From a bacterium (GTDB lineage: Bacteria; Hydrothermota; 32-111), in assembly GCA_050239825.1 (NCBI GenBank), contig JBFXGO010000025.1:1-33901 (forward strand): DNA of 33,901 nucleotides, given 5' to 3'. A program made the position numbers and the translations under genes. Positions 19,083 through 27,774 of the stretch are shown here, piece by piece. A model generated the notes under the pieces. It had not been told where the DNA came from. It worked only from the letters and a program-made list of their open reading frames with translations, and ran no database searches. Numbering within the stretch: the stretch's first letter is position 1; each line of letters begins with the position of its first letter.

Positions 19083-19951
19083 TAAAAAAGCATCTTACGG
19101 CAAAATACCTAATAGACGAATCTATCTTTCTTATGAAGAAAGCCGGCATAGAGAGTCCGAAGCTTAATGCAGAGCTTATTATGGCTCACTGCATGAACAA
19201 GGATAGAACATACCTTTATTCAAATTACAATAAGACTCTTACGAGGATTGAGTCGAACTACTTCAAATCTCTTGTGAGAAGGAGGCTCAAGAGGGAGCCT
19301 GTTCAGTATATCGTGGGTGAGTCGGAGTTCATGAGCCTTCCGTTTAAGGTTAACAGGAGTGTTCTCATACCGAGGCCGGAGACAGAAACTCTTGTAGAGC
19401 ATGCTTTAAACTATTGCCTTGAAAACAGAAAAAGAAGCTTTAGAGTGCTTGATATAGGATGCGGAAGCGGAAATATAATTATTTCAATAGCAAAGTATGC
19501 CCCTAATTTGACATATGTCGCCACGGACATTTCAAGAGGAGCGTTGAGAATAACAAGGGAAAACAGAAATATCAACAAGGTCAAGGATCCGATTCATCTG
19601 ATTCAGTGCGACTCATTCTCAGGCCTTAAGAGAAAGAGAATGTATGATGCGGTTCTTTCAAATCCTCCGTACATTTCTTCGGCGGACATTCTGAATTTGG
19701 AGCCTGAAGTCAGGGATTATGAACCGGAGACGGCTCTCTGCGGCGGAGCAGACGGCCTTCAGAATGTGAAAAGCATCATTGACAATGCTTCTCACTATAT
19801 GCGAAAGGGGGCTTTGCTTGCAGTTGAAATAGGGTTCAAGCAGAATAAGGATGTATTGAAATACATAAGGGAGAACAAATCGTACAAAGACATAAAAATA
19901 ATCAAGGACATTGCGGGAATCGAAAGAGTCCTGACTGCCAAAAGAAAATGA
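19079..19951 (+). CDS. prmC: Release factor glutamine methyltransferase
   Basis: Motifs EPVQYIVG, VLIPRPETE, LDIGCGSG, SNPPY. Confidence 0.97.
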   Translation: MIKKHLTAKYLIDESIFLMKKAGIESPKLNAELIMAHCMNKDRTYLYSNYNKTLTRIESNYFKSLVRRRLKREPVQYIVGESEFMSLPFKVNRSVLIPRPETETLVEHALNYCLENRKRSFRVLDIGCGSGNIIISIAKYAPNLTYVATDISRGALRITRENRNINKVKDPIHLIQCDSFSGLKRKRMYDAVLSNPPYISSADILNLEPEVRDYEPETALCGGADGLQNVKSIIDNASHYMRKGALLAVEIGFKQNKDVLKYIRENKSYKDIKIIKDIAGIERVLTAKRK

Positions 19952-20808
19952 AAAATGTTTTTATAAATGCCAATTTTGAGAAGCAGAAATCTAAGCCGGT
20001 GCTTGCGAGATTTGAAAAGTGGGCGAAAAAAAATAAAATTAATATATATCCTCTCTTGAAAAGACCTGAATATTCCCAAATAATGAAATCAGTGAAAGAG
20101 GAACTGAGTTTGCCTGAGATTAAAAGAATAAGGAAAGACTCATTCGCAGTCTCCTTCGGAGGAGACGGCACAATGCTTGCAACCGCACGCATCGTCTCAT
20201 CCCTCTCAGTTCCGCTTCTGGGAATTAATTTGGGTTCTCTCGGATTCCTCTCCACCATAAAAGAGGAGATGATGGAAGGGAAACTGGATATGATTTTGAA
20301 GGATAGGTTTGAACTGGAGAACTGCGCCATCCTCGGCGCAAAGCTTGACGGAAAAGAGATAACTGCTTTCAATGACATAATAATGCTTTCAAGAGAGCCG
20401 CAGAGGCTCATCAAGATAAAGATTGATGTAAACGAGAAGAATGCTCTGACAATATCGGCGGACGGTGTCATCATATCCACTCCAAAGGGCTCTACCGCTT
20501 ACTCCATGGCGGCAGGGGGACCGATTGTCTTTTCTGATGTGGGCTGTTTCATAATAACTCCGATTTGTCCTCACCTTCTTGTGCAGAGGTCGATTGTAAT
20601 AAAAGAGAATGCGATAATAAGACTGACTCCCGTCTCCTCAGATGCAGTCATTTCAGGAGACTCTCAGACAAAGCATCCTGTTTTAAAGCAGATGTCTGTG
20701 ATTGTTTCAAAGCACAAAAATCAGGTATCTCTGATAAAATTTCCGGATGTTGACTTTATAGACATAATGAAGGAAAAATTTTATTTTGGGAGAGACCCAC
20801 GGCTATGA
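19948..20808 (+). CDS. nadK: NAD kinase
   Basis: Motifs GGDGTML, GINLGSLGFL, ADGVIISTPKGSTAYSMAAGGP, TPICPH. Confidence 0.96.
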   Translation: MKNVFINANFEKQKSKPVLARFEKWAKKNKINIYPLLKRPEYSQIMKSVKEELSLPEIKRIRKDSFAVSFGGDGTMLATARIVSSLSVPLLGINLGSLGFLSTIKEEMMEGKLDMILKDRFELENCAILGAKLDGKEITAFNDIIMLSREPQRLIKIKIDVNEKNALTISADGVIISTPKGSTAYSMAAGGPIVFSDVGCFIITPICPHLLVQRSIVIKENAIIRLTPVSSDAVISGDSQTKHPVLKQMSVIVSKHKNQVSLIKFPDVDFIDIMKEKFYFGRDPRL

Positions 20809-22445
20809 TAAAACAGCTTCTACTGGAGAATGTTTCATTCTTCGAGAGCGCCTCTCTTGATTTCTCCGACGGATTCAATGTCATAACAGGAGAGACCGGA
20901 GCGGGCAAGACCCTGCTTGTAAGCACTCTTCTCACGCTTACGGGAGAGAGGGTGGAGATTGAAATTCTCAATAAATCAAAACAAGGATTTATCACCGGAG
21001 TATTTGAACTCTCAGATGCGGTTATTGAGGAGCTTCGTTCGATAGAGCTTGATGTGGAGAATCCTGTTATCATAAGAAGAAGCTTCAAGAAGGACGGCAA
21101 AAGTTTGTCTTACATGAATGATATTCCTGTGAGCGGCCAGACTCTGAAAAGAATAGGGGCTCTGTTGTTTGACATACACGGCCAACATGAGCATCAGCTT
21201 CTTCTAAAAAAGGAGTATCATATCAAAGTTATCGATATAATGGCGGGAAACGAGGAGCTTCTGGAACTTTACAGGGAAAATCATTCAGAGTATAACAAAT
21301 TGAAACAGAAGCTCTCTGACGCAGTTAAGAGGATGGAGGATTCGGAGAAAGAGAGGGAGATGCTTGAATATACAGACAGGGAGCTGTCCGAAGCCGGTCT
21401 CGACGGAATAAACGAAGAGGAGCTTGTGAACCGCCTGAAAGAGATGGAGTCCGGAGAGGAGATAAAACAGAGCATGAGCGGCGCTCTCTCACTCTTCAAT
21501 TCTGAGGATGGACCTTCGATAAATGTTTTTCTCTCATCTCTGAAAAAGCACCTCTCAGAGGCGGCGAAGAAGACCCAGAGGGCGGAGATTCTTTTAAATC
21601 AGCTTTCGGATATTATTTCTCTCTCAACCGACCTTGAAAGGGATGCAACATCATTTGCCGAATCTGTTGTTTACGATGAAGAACAGCTGACAGCAAACAG
21701 AAGAATCTATGACAATCTGGAGAGATTGAAGAAAAAGTACAGATGCGACCTTAATGAGCTTATGCAGATTGCACAGAAGACGAAGGAACAGCTTAAGATG
21801 ATTGAGAATCCCACACAGACTCTGGCATATTTAAAAACATCTTTGGAGGAGTCGCAGACGAGGATGACGGACGCGGCGCTCAAACTCCATGAGAGAAGGC
21901 AGAAGACATCCGCTCTGTTTGAGAAAAAGGTCAACAAATCACTCAAACAGCTCAATATGTCTGATTCCGAAATAAAGGTTTTTTTAGAATACAATGAAGA
22001 GTCAATCTATGAAAACGGATACGACTCTCTTGAAATATTCCTATCCAACAGGTTTGCGCCCGAGGGGATGCCACTGAAAAAGATCGCATCCGGAGGAGAG
22101 ATATCAAGAGTCATGCTCGCGGTAAAGGGAGCCCTCAATGAATCAGATCCTGTGGGCACAATGATTTTTGATGAGATTGACCAGGGCATCAGCGGAGAGA
22201 CGGCGGTGATGGTGGCAGATGCAATGGCATCGTCATCAAAACACAAACAGATTATAGCTATCACGCACCTTCCTCAGATAGCCGCGAAGGGAGACAGGCA
22301 TATTTATGTCTGCAAGGAGAAGAAGTCGATTGAAGCAAGGGTTTTAGAAAAGAGCGGCAGGGTAAAGGAGATTGCGCGTCTTCTCGGGTCATCACTCTCT
22401 CCGGAAACAGCCGAAAAGCATGCAAGAGCTCTCCTTAAGGAATGA
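20805..22445 (+). CDS. recN: DNA repair protein RecN
   Basis: Walker A TGETGAGKT, DIHGQHEHQ, ASGGEISR, FDEID, ITHLPQIAA. Confidence 0.96.
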   Translation: MIKQLLLENVSFFESASLDFSDGFNVITGETGAGKTLLVSTLLTLTGERVEIEILNKSKQGFITGVFELSDAVIEELRSIELDVENPVIIRRSFKKDGKSLSYMNDIPVSGQTLKRIGALLFDIHGQHEHQLLLKKEYHIKVIDIMAGNEELLELYRENHSEYNKLKQKLSDAVKRMEDSEKEREMLEYTDRELSEAGLDGINEEELVNRLKEMESGEEIKQSMSGALSLFNSEDGPSINVFLSSLKKHLSEAAKKTQRAEILLNQLSDIISLSTDLERDATSFAESVVYDEEQLTANRRIYDNLERLKKKYRCDLNELMQIAQKTKEQLKMIENPTQTLAYLKTSLEESQTRMTDAALKLHERRQKTSALFEKKVNKSLKQLNMSDSEIKVFLEYNEESIYENGYDSLEIFLSNRFAPEGMPLKKIASGGEISRVMLAVKGALNESDPVGTMIFDEIDQGISGETAVMVADAMASSSKHKQIIAITHLPQIAAKGDRHIYVCKEKKSIEARVLEKSGRVKEIARLLGSSLSPETAEKHARALLKE

Positions 22446-23071
22446 TACTTTCAATTCTCGTTTATCTTTTGATTTTCATTTACACATTCTTCTCAATAGT
22501 ATTCATGATTAAATCTCCCGATTTTGCCTGGATATTCACAATGAGCCACTTCTGGTTCTATTCTGGAGCCGCATTCTATCTTCTTTTAAAACTTTTTATC
22601 AAGCCTTTGAGGGAGAACACCCTATTCTTCGAAACATTTCAGCATGAGGCGACCCACATGCTCTTCGCTCTGCTTTCATTTAAAAAGGTTTATAAATTTC
22701 AGGCAACAACATCCGACGGAGGTGAGGTGAAGACAGAGGATGTCACTCCTCTGATAGCTCTCTCTCCCTACTCTTTGCCGATTCTTTCAATCGGAGTCTC
22801 TCTCCTCATTTACATTGTCAAGGAGAAATATGTCCCATTTGTCTTGGCTGTATCAGGGATTCTTTTTATGCAGTTTTTTACATCTGCTTTGAAGGATATT
22901 TTCACCTTAAAACAGCCTGACCTGCACAGGTACTCTCCTTTGGTATCATACCCCACAGTAATTGTCTCTCTCTCTTTCGCGCTTATCTTCTCATATCTTC
23001 TGCTCTCTTATGGGATTGATGCAGTGATACTTATTCCAAAATCATCAATATTCGTACTCTTCCAAAAATGA
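22442..23071 (+). CDS. Membrane protein with HExxH (peptidase M50B-like)
   Basis: Hydrophobic protein with FQHEATH...GGEV...LIALSPY...D pattern. Confidence 0.65.
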   Translation: MILSILVYLLIFIYTFFSIVFMIKSPDFAWIFTMSHFWFYSGAAFYLLLKLFIKPLRENTLFFETFQHEATHMLFALLSFKKVYKFQATTSDGGEVKTEDVTPLIALSPYSLPILSIGVSLLIYIVKEKYVPFVLAVSGILFMQFFTSALKDIFTLKQPDLHRYSPLVSYPTVIVSLSFALIFSYLLLSYGIDAVILIPKSSIFVLFQK

Positions 23072-25149
23072 GAATAGCCAAGGTTCTTCTTTATCACGAC
23101 AATGATGAGGGGTTTGATTATATGGTTCCGGAAGAGCTTGACGACATTATAAGGGAGGGCTCAATAGTCAGCGTCGATTTCAGAAAGAAAAAACTAATCG
23201 GTCTTGTCGTGGGATTCAAATCATCATCTGACGCAAAAAATCTTAAAACCATTGAAAAGAAGATTTATACGGAGGATTTAGGCAGGGAGATGCTTGATTT
23301 CATGAAATGGGCTGGAGAGTATTATTTCACAGGAATGGGAAGAATTTACAGGCAGTTCACACCCTCAGAGGTTGAAGTGAAGAGAAGGTTCGTGTGCGTC
23401 TCTAAGGATATTGAACATCTTGAGCTTTTTATAAAATCAAAGGAGAAGCCATTCACAAGGTCGGAGGCTGTCAAAATACTGAAAAACGAAGAAGTATTCG
23501 AACAACTCCTGCAAGATAAGATAGTTTTGGAGGATGTTACGGCTTTCTCCATGCCGAAAAAAAGAGATGTGAAGCTCAGTGATGAGCAGGAGTTCGCATT
23601 TAACGAGATTAAGAATAGAATAGATTCATCAACGCATAAAGGATACCTACTCTACGGAAAACCTTCGACCGGAAAGACGGAGGTGTACTTCAAACTGATA
23701 CACCATATAATTGAGAATACAAAGAAAACAGTTCTTCTGCTTTTCCCAGAGATAGGTTTGGCAGACATATTTTTTAAGAGAGTATCAGAGGAGTTCGGCT
23801 CGATTACAACTGCGAGGATACATTCGGAGATGACTGAGGGAGAGTCTAATTTTTATTTTCAAAAGATTTTGAATAAGGAGAAGAGAATTATTGTGGGCAC
23901 CCGCTCTGCGGTTTTCTCTCCGGTGAAAGACCTTGGGCTTGTGATTGTTGATGAGGAGCAGGACCAGTCGTATAAGCAATTTGACGCTTCGCCGTACTAC
24001 AATGGCAGGGATTGCGCTGTTTACAGGGCATTCATAAACAATGCTCCGGTTCTCCTCGTGAGCGCAACACCGTCTGCGGAGAGCTATGCCAATGCAAAGA
24101 GCGGCAAGTATGAGCTTTTAAAGCTTGAGACAAGGTATCTGAACACGGAACAGCCGGAAGTAAAAATAATTTACAACACAGTCGCTCATAAAAATGTTGC
24201 GACCCTTGCAGTAGATGAAGTCGCTAAAACCCTATCGCAGGGGAAACAGGTGCTTCTCTTTTTAAACAGGCGGGGTTACCTGAATCTTTACAAATGCTCA
24301 AAATGCGGAGAATATTTCAAATGCGGGAACTGCTCGGTTTCCTACTCATTTCACAAATCGCAAAGAGAATTCGTGTGCCACTACTGCGGTTCAACGAAGC
24401 AAAAAGATGCGGAATGCCCGCACTGCGGCGGAAAGATATCATCTGCGGGAGTGTGGGGCACTGAGATGGTGGAGAGCGTTTTCAGCAACATCTTTCCGGA
24501 GGCAGTAATAGAGAGGTTTGACACTGATTCAACAAGAAAGAAGGGAGAGAGAAAGAGAATAATCGAAAGGGTTTTGAACAGGGAGGCGCACATACTTGTC
24601 GGAACTCAGATGGTCTCCAAAGGGTATGACATACCCAACATACACGCGGTTCTTATACTCAATGCTGATTCGATAATAAATATTCCCGACATAAGAAGCG
24701 AAGAGAGGTTTATGCAGATGCTTGTGCAGACATCCGGACGCGCAGGAAGAAGAGAGGAGCGCGGGGTGATTATAGTCGAAATAGGACCATCAGGAATTCA
24801 TCTGAAGGATTTTATTGAAAATCTCGATTATATAAAATTCATGGAAGAGGAGCTGTTGAGGAGAAAAAACCACTCATTTCCCCCATATAAAAGAATGCTG
24901 AGGATAATGCATAAAAATAAAGACAGGGAGAAGGCGATTCAAAATATGTATGAAATCTACAAAATGCTTGAAGAGAATAGAAGCAAGGGCGTTAAGGTTC
25001 TTCCGCCCGGCTTCAACTATGTTGAAAAAGTTAACAACCTTTACAGAACAGAGATGTTTGTGATATACTCGGATATGAAAGCAGTTAAGAAAATGATGCT
25101 TTGCATAAAAGCGGATTTTGAATATTCTATTGACAATGACACATTATGA
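23068..25149 (+). CDS. priA: Primosomal protein N'
   Basis: GKTEVY, GTRSAVF, VDEEQD, SATPS, LNRRGY, four CxxC pairs, GTQMVSKG, Q.SGRAGR. Confidence 0.96.
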   Translation: MRIAKVLLYHDNDEGFDYMVPEELDDIIREGSIVSVDFRKKKLIGLVVGFKSSSDAKNLKTIEKKIYTEDLGREMLDFMKWAGEYYFTGMGRIYRQFTPSEVEVKRRFVCVSKDIEHLELFIKSKEKPFTRSEAVKILKNEEVFEQLLQDKIVLEDVTAFSMPKKRDVKLSDEQEFAFNEIKNRIDSSTHKGYLLYGKPSTGKTEVYFKLIHHIIENTKKTVLLLFPEIGLADIFFKRVSEEFGSITTARIHSEMTEGESNFYFQKILNKEKRIIVGTRSAVFSPVKDLGLVIVDEEQDQSYKQFDASPYYNGRDCAVYRAFINNAPVLLVSATPSAESYANAKSGKYELLKLETRYLNTEQPEVKIIYNTVAHKNVATLAVDEVAKTLSQGKQVLLFLNRRGYLNLYKCSKCGEYFKCGNCSVSYSFHKSQREFVCHYCGSTKQKDAECPHCGGKISSAGVWGTEMVESVFSNIFPEAVIERFDTDSTRKKGERKRIIERVLNREAHILVGTQMVSKGYDIPNIHAVLILNADSIINIPDIRSEERFMQMLVQTSGRAGRREERGVIIVEIGPSGIHLKDFIENLDYIKFMEEELLRRKNHSFPPYKRMLRIMHKNKDREKAIQNMYEIYKMLEENRSKGVKVLPPGFNYVEKVNNLYRTEMFVIYSDMKAVKKMMLCIKADFEYSIDNDTL

Positions 25150-26420
25150 ATATGAATAACTTAATATCAGATAGCAGAGAAAGGTTGAGACACACTCTAA
25201 GGGCATTCAGGTACCGCAATTACAGGCTCTTCTTCTTCGGACAGGGCGTCTCTCTCATTGGCACATGGATGCAGTCTATAGCAGGTTCATGGCTTGTCTA
25301 TCGGCTGACCGACTCTCCTTTTATGCTCGGTCTTGTCTCATTTGCCGCTCAAATTCCCAATCTTTTTGTGACTCCCTTCGGAGGAGTGATTGCGGACAAA
25401 TTCGACAGAAGAAAGATAATGTATTTAACTCAGACATCCCTGATGATTTTTGCATTCATACTTGCATTTCTCGTATATACAGACAGAGCTACAATTGAAC
25501 TTATATTTCTTTTGACTTTACTTTCCGGAATCATGAATGCGATTGATGCTCCCACAAGGCACTCTTTCATATTTGAGATAGTCACAGACAAGGAAGATCT
25601 TGTCAATGCAATAGCCCTTAACAGCGCAATGTTCAACGGAGCGCGCCTTATAGGTCCTGCTGTCGCGGGGCTTATCATAGCATCTTTCGGGGAGCAGATG
25701 TGTTTTTTAATAAACGGCATTAGCTTCCTTTCGGTTCTTGTAGCATTGTTCGCCATGAAATTGCAGAAGAGAGTCATAGAGAAGGGGACAAACAACTTTT
25801 TTACCAATTTCAAAGACGGATTTAAATACTCTTTCAATCAACCTGCGATTAAATCAATTCTTCTTCTTGTGACGGTGATTTCCGTCTTCGGAATGTCATA
25901 TAACACACTCCTTCCTGTTTATGTGAAGGAGATTCTCAACTCAGGCCCTAAGATGCTCGGATTCATGATGGGTTCAATAGGATTCGGGGCATTTACCGGA
26001 GCTATCTTCATTGCTTCAAGGAAACATTTCACCACTCTTGTAAAATTGATAAGCATAGCAGGTTCGATATTCGGAATGGGGCTGGCGCTTCTCTCGTTTT
26101 CAAGGATTCCAGCCCTCTCACTTGCTTTGATGTTTCTTATAGGATTCGGCATGGTCTCTCAGGTTTCCGTGTGTAACACAATTCTGCAGAAAATTGTGGA
26201 TGACAGGATGCGGGGAAGGGTTATGAGTTTCTACAATCTTGCATTTTTGGGGATGGCTCCATTGGGCAATCTTCTTATGGGATACCTCGCAAAGAAGGAG
26301 ATTCTGGGAGTCACAAACACGCTTCTTCTTATAGGCGGGATATGCATTTCCATATCCCTTATATTTCTAATTCAGATAAAAAAATTCAAGGCAAAGTTGG
26401 AAGGGCAGAACGGAATCTGA
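25146..26420 (+). CDS. MFS transporter (H+ antiporter / DHA3-like)
   Basis: RNYRLFFFGQ.VS.IGTWMQ, GVIADKFDRRK, RLIGPAVAG, MRGRVMS; about 12 TMs. Confidence 0.93.
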   Translation: MNMNNLISDSRERLRHTLRAFRYRNYRLFFFGQGVSLIGTWMQSIAGSWLVYRLTDSPFMLGLVSFAAQIPNLFVTPFGGVIADKFDRRKIMYLTQTSLMIFAFILAFLVYTDRATIELIFLLTLLSGIMNAIDAPTRHSFIFEIVTDKEDLVNAIALNSAMFNGARLIGPAVAGLIIASFGEQMCFLINGISFLSVLVALFAMKLQKRVIEKGTNNFFTNFKDGFKYSFNQPAIKSILLLVTVISVFGMSYNTLLPVYVKEILNSGPKMLGFMMGSIGFGAFTGAIFIASRKHFTTLVKLISIAGSIFGMGLALLSFSRIPALSLALMFLIGFGMVSQVSVCNTILQKIVDDRMRGRVMSFYNLAFLGMAPLGNLLMGYLAKKEILGVTNTLLLIGGICISISLIFLIQIKKFKAKLEGQNGI

Positions 26421-26423
26421 ATT

Positions 26424-26960
26424 CTATCTCTTTTCCGCCTTCTTTGCAGAGCCGAGAATAACACCCAAAACTACAGACCATAATGCCGCAAGACCTATCT
26501 GATAATCGACAGGAAGGGCAAATGTCACTGTGTGAGCGGGTATCCAGAACCAGATGAGTGTCTTGAAAGAATTTTCGATACCCTGAAATCCCTGTCTTTT
26601 CATTATAATATTTTCTTCGACTCTGTGAAATGTCATCATCTGCGGACCAAAGATAATGTTTGTGAATACGGAGAGAAAGAATGCATAAAGAATCGTTCCG
26701 TTCTTCATATACATCATCATATTGTGTTCTATAAGATTATTCAAAAATCCGCGCATCCCCGTGAATCCGTATTTTATGATTATGCCGAGTATTCCCCATG
26801 CGAGCATCTTTAAAATTATCTGAATCCAATTTCCTATTTCCTTTAATGGACGCTTAGTTATGAAGTATGAAACAACCTCTCCTAAAAATCCGAGTATGCC
26901 GAACTGAATGAATGCAGAGAGAAGGGGATTCGCTTTAACGAAAGACAAATAGAATGCCAT
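26424..26960 (-). CDS. Mpv17/PMP22-like membrane protein
   Basis: WFWIPAHTVTFALP..YQI..AALWSVVLG pattern. RBS AAGGAG and TTGACT-16-TATTAT upstream of ATG 26960. Confidence 0.7.
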   Translation of the reverse strand: MAFYLSFVKANPLLSAFIQFGILGFLGEVVSYFITKRPLKEIGNWIQIILKMLAWGILGIIIKYGFTGMRGFLNNLIEHNMMMYMKNGTILYAFFLSVFTNIIFGPQMMTFHRVEENIIMKRQGFQGIENSFKTLIWFWIPAHTVTFALPVDYQIGLAALWSVVLGVILGSAKKAEKR

Positions 26961-27152
26961 AATTGACTCCTTTATGTTTAATGAAATAATAACACATAAA
27001 AACACAGAGTCAAGAAGAAGACATATACTGTTAGGACATAAATGAAGTTACGAGACGACTGTGTATTCAAAGTCGTCGTATAGTAAATTCCATAGTATTG
27101 CAAAGTAAAAAGAGAAGGCATCCTGAACTACGCAATAGTTATGACTCAGATA

Positions 27153-27201
27153 TGTCACCCTGAACGCCTCTGTGGTTATGACTATAGTGAAGGATCTATC
27201 A
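27153..27201 (+). repeat. 49-bp REP-like direct repeat, copy 1
   Basis: TGTCACCCTGAACGCCTCTGTGGTTATGACTATAGTGAAGGATCTATCA; 46/49 identical to 27568-27616. Confidence 0.9.
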
Positions 27202-27239
27202 TTTTATTGTTAATTGAAGATTATTTATGGGCTGCTGTC

Positions 27240-27362
27240 GGGTGTAGCGTCGGCTCACACACTCCGCTTCGCCGCTTAATCAAGATGGGATAGCGTAGCA
27301 AGGGGTCAACCACTTGATGGGCGTCTTCGCGGAGCGTCCTCGCCGACTTTGAGCTTTCACTC
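27240..27362. other. GC-rich nested inverted-repeat (rod-like) element of unknown class
   Basis: Nested pairings GTCGGC/GCCGAC, CTCCGC/GCGGAG, ATCAAG.TGG/CCA.CTTGAT and outer GGGTG.AGC/GCT..CACTC. Confidence 0.55.
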
Positions 27363-27482
27363 TCAATAAGTATTGACTTGATTGTCCTCGGAAAAACATT
27401 GAATAGCAGTGCGGAGATGCACTGGAATTTTTCCTCGGAACTGAAAAGGCAAGACATTTAATCATCTGTCCTATTGTATTTA

Positions 27483-27514
27483 AACTCGTAACCCGCAACC
27501 CGTAACTCGAAACT
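27483..27514 (+). repeat. Heptamer tandem repeat (AACYCGH x4.5)
   Basis: AACTCGT-AACCCGC-AACCCGT-AACTCGA-AACT. Confidence 0.8.
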
Positions 27515-27567
27515 GAATTATCTTTGATTATTGAAGATTACTGTAAAGACAAAATCTTACTCAACCG

Positions 27568-27616
27568 TGTCACCCTGAACGCATCTGTGGTTATGACTAT
27601 CGTGAAGGGTCTATCA
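27568..27616 (+). repeat. 49-bp REP-like direct repeat, copy 2
   Basis: TGTCACCCTGAACGCATCTGTGGTTATGACTATCGTGAAGGGTCTATCA. Confidence 0.9.
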
Positions 27617-27750
27617 GATAATTACAAGTTTGAAATACAAAGAGAGTACGCTCATGAACTGGTGAGCTGGTAAAATACAATTCGGCGGTAAATAATGATG
27701 TTGATTTTTAGCTGTTTCGGGATATAATCATAAAAAGGGATAGATTTAAA

Positions 27751-27774
27751 ATACGGAGGAAAGATTGACAGAGA
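27751..27774 (+). repeat. 24-bp exact direct repeat, copy 1 (contains RBS and TTG start)
   Basis: ATACGGAGGAAAGATTGACAGAGA, identical to 30747-30770. Confidence 0.9.

Noticed and set aside
305..26813. Numerous short ORFs antisense to or nested within housekeeping genes
   Set aside because: Shadow ORFs of well-supported genes, with no motifs or independent expression signals.
27232..27362. SRP RNA, 6S RNA or group II intron 3' end
   Set aside because: No SRP domain IV motif (CAGG-GNRA-AGCA arrangement). Shorter than a typical 6S and no clear central bubble. The minus strand has CTACACCCGAC but no domain V helix. Left unassigned pending cmscan.
27221..27498. Short minus-strand ORFs (78 and 72 aa) in the structured intergenic region
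   Set aside because: No RBS or recognisable motifs; they overlap each other and coincide with nested inverted repeats, which fits non-coding sequence better.
27153..27616. 49-bp repeats as a CRISPR array
   Set aside because: Only two good copies, separated by 366 bp; no regular spacers and no cas genes in the window.
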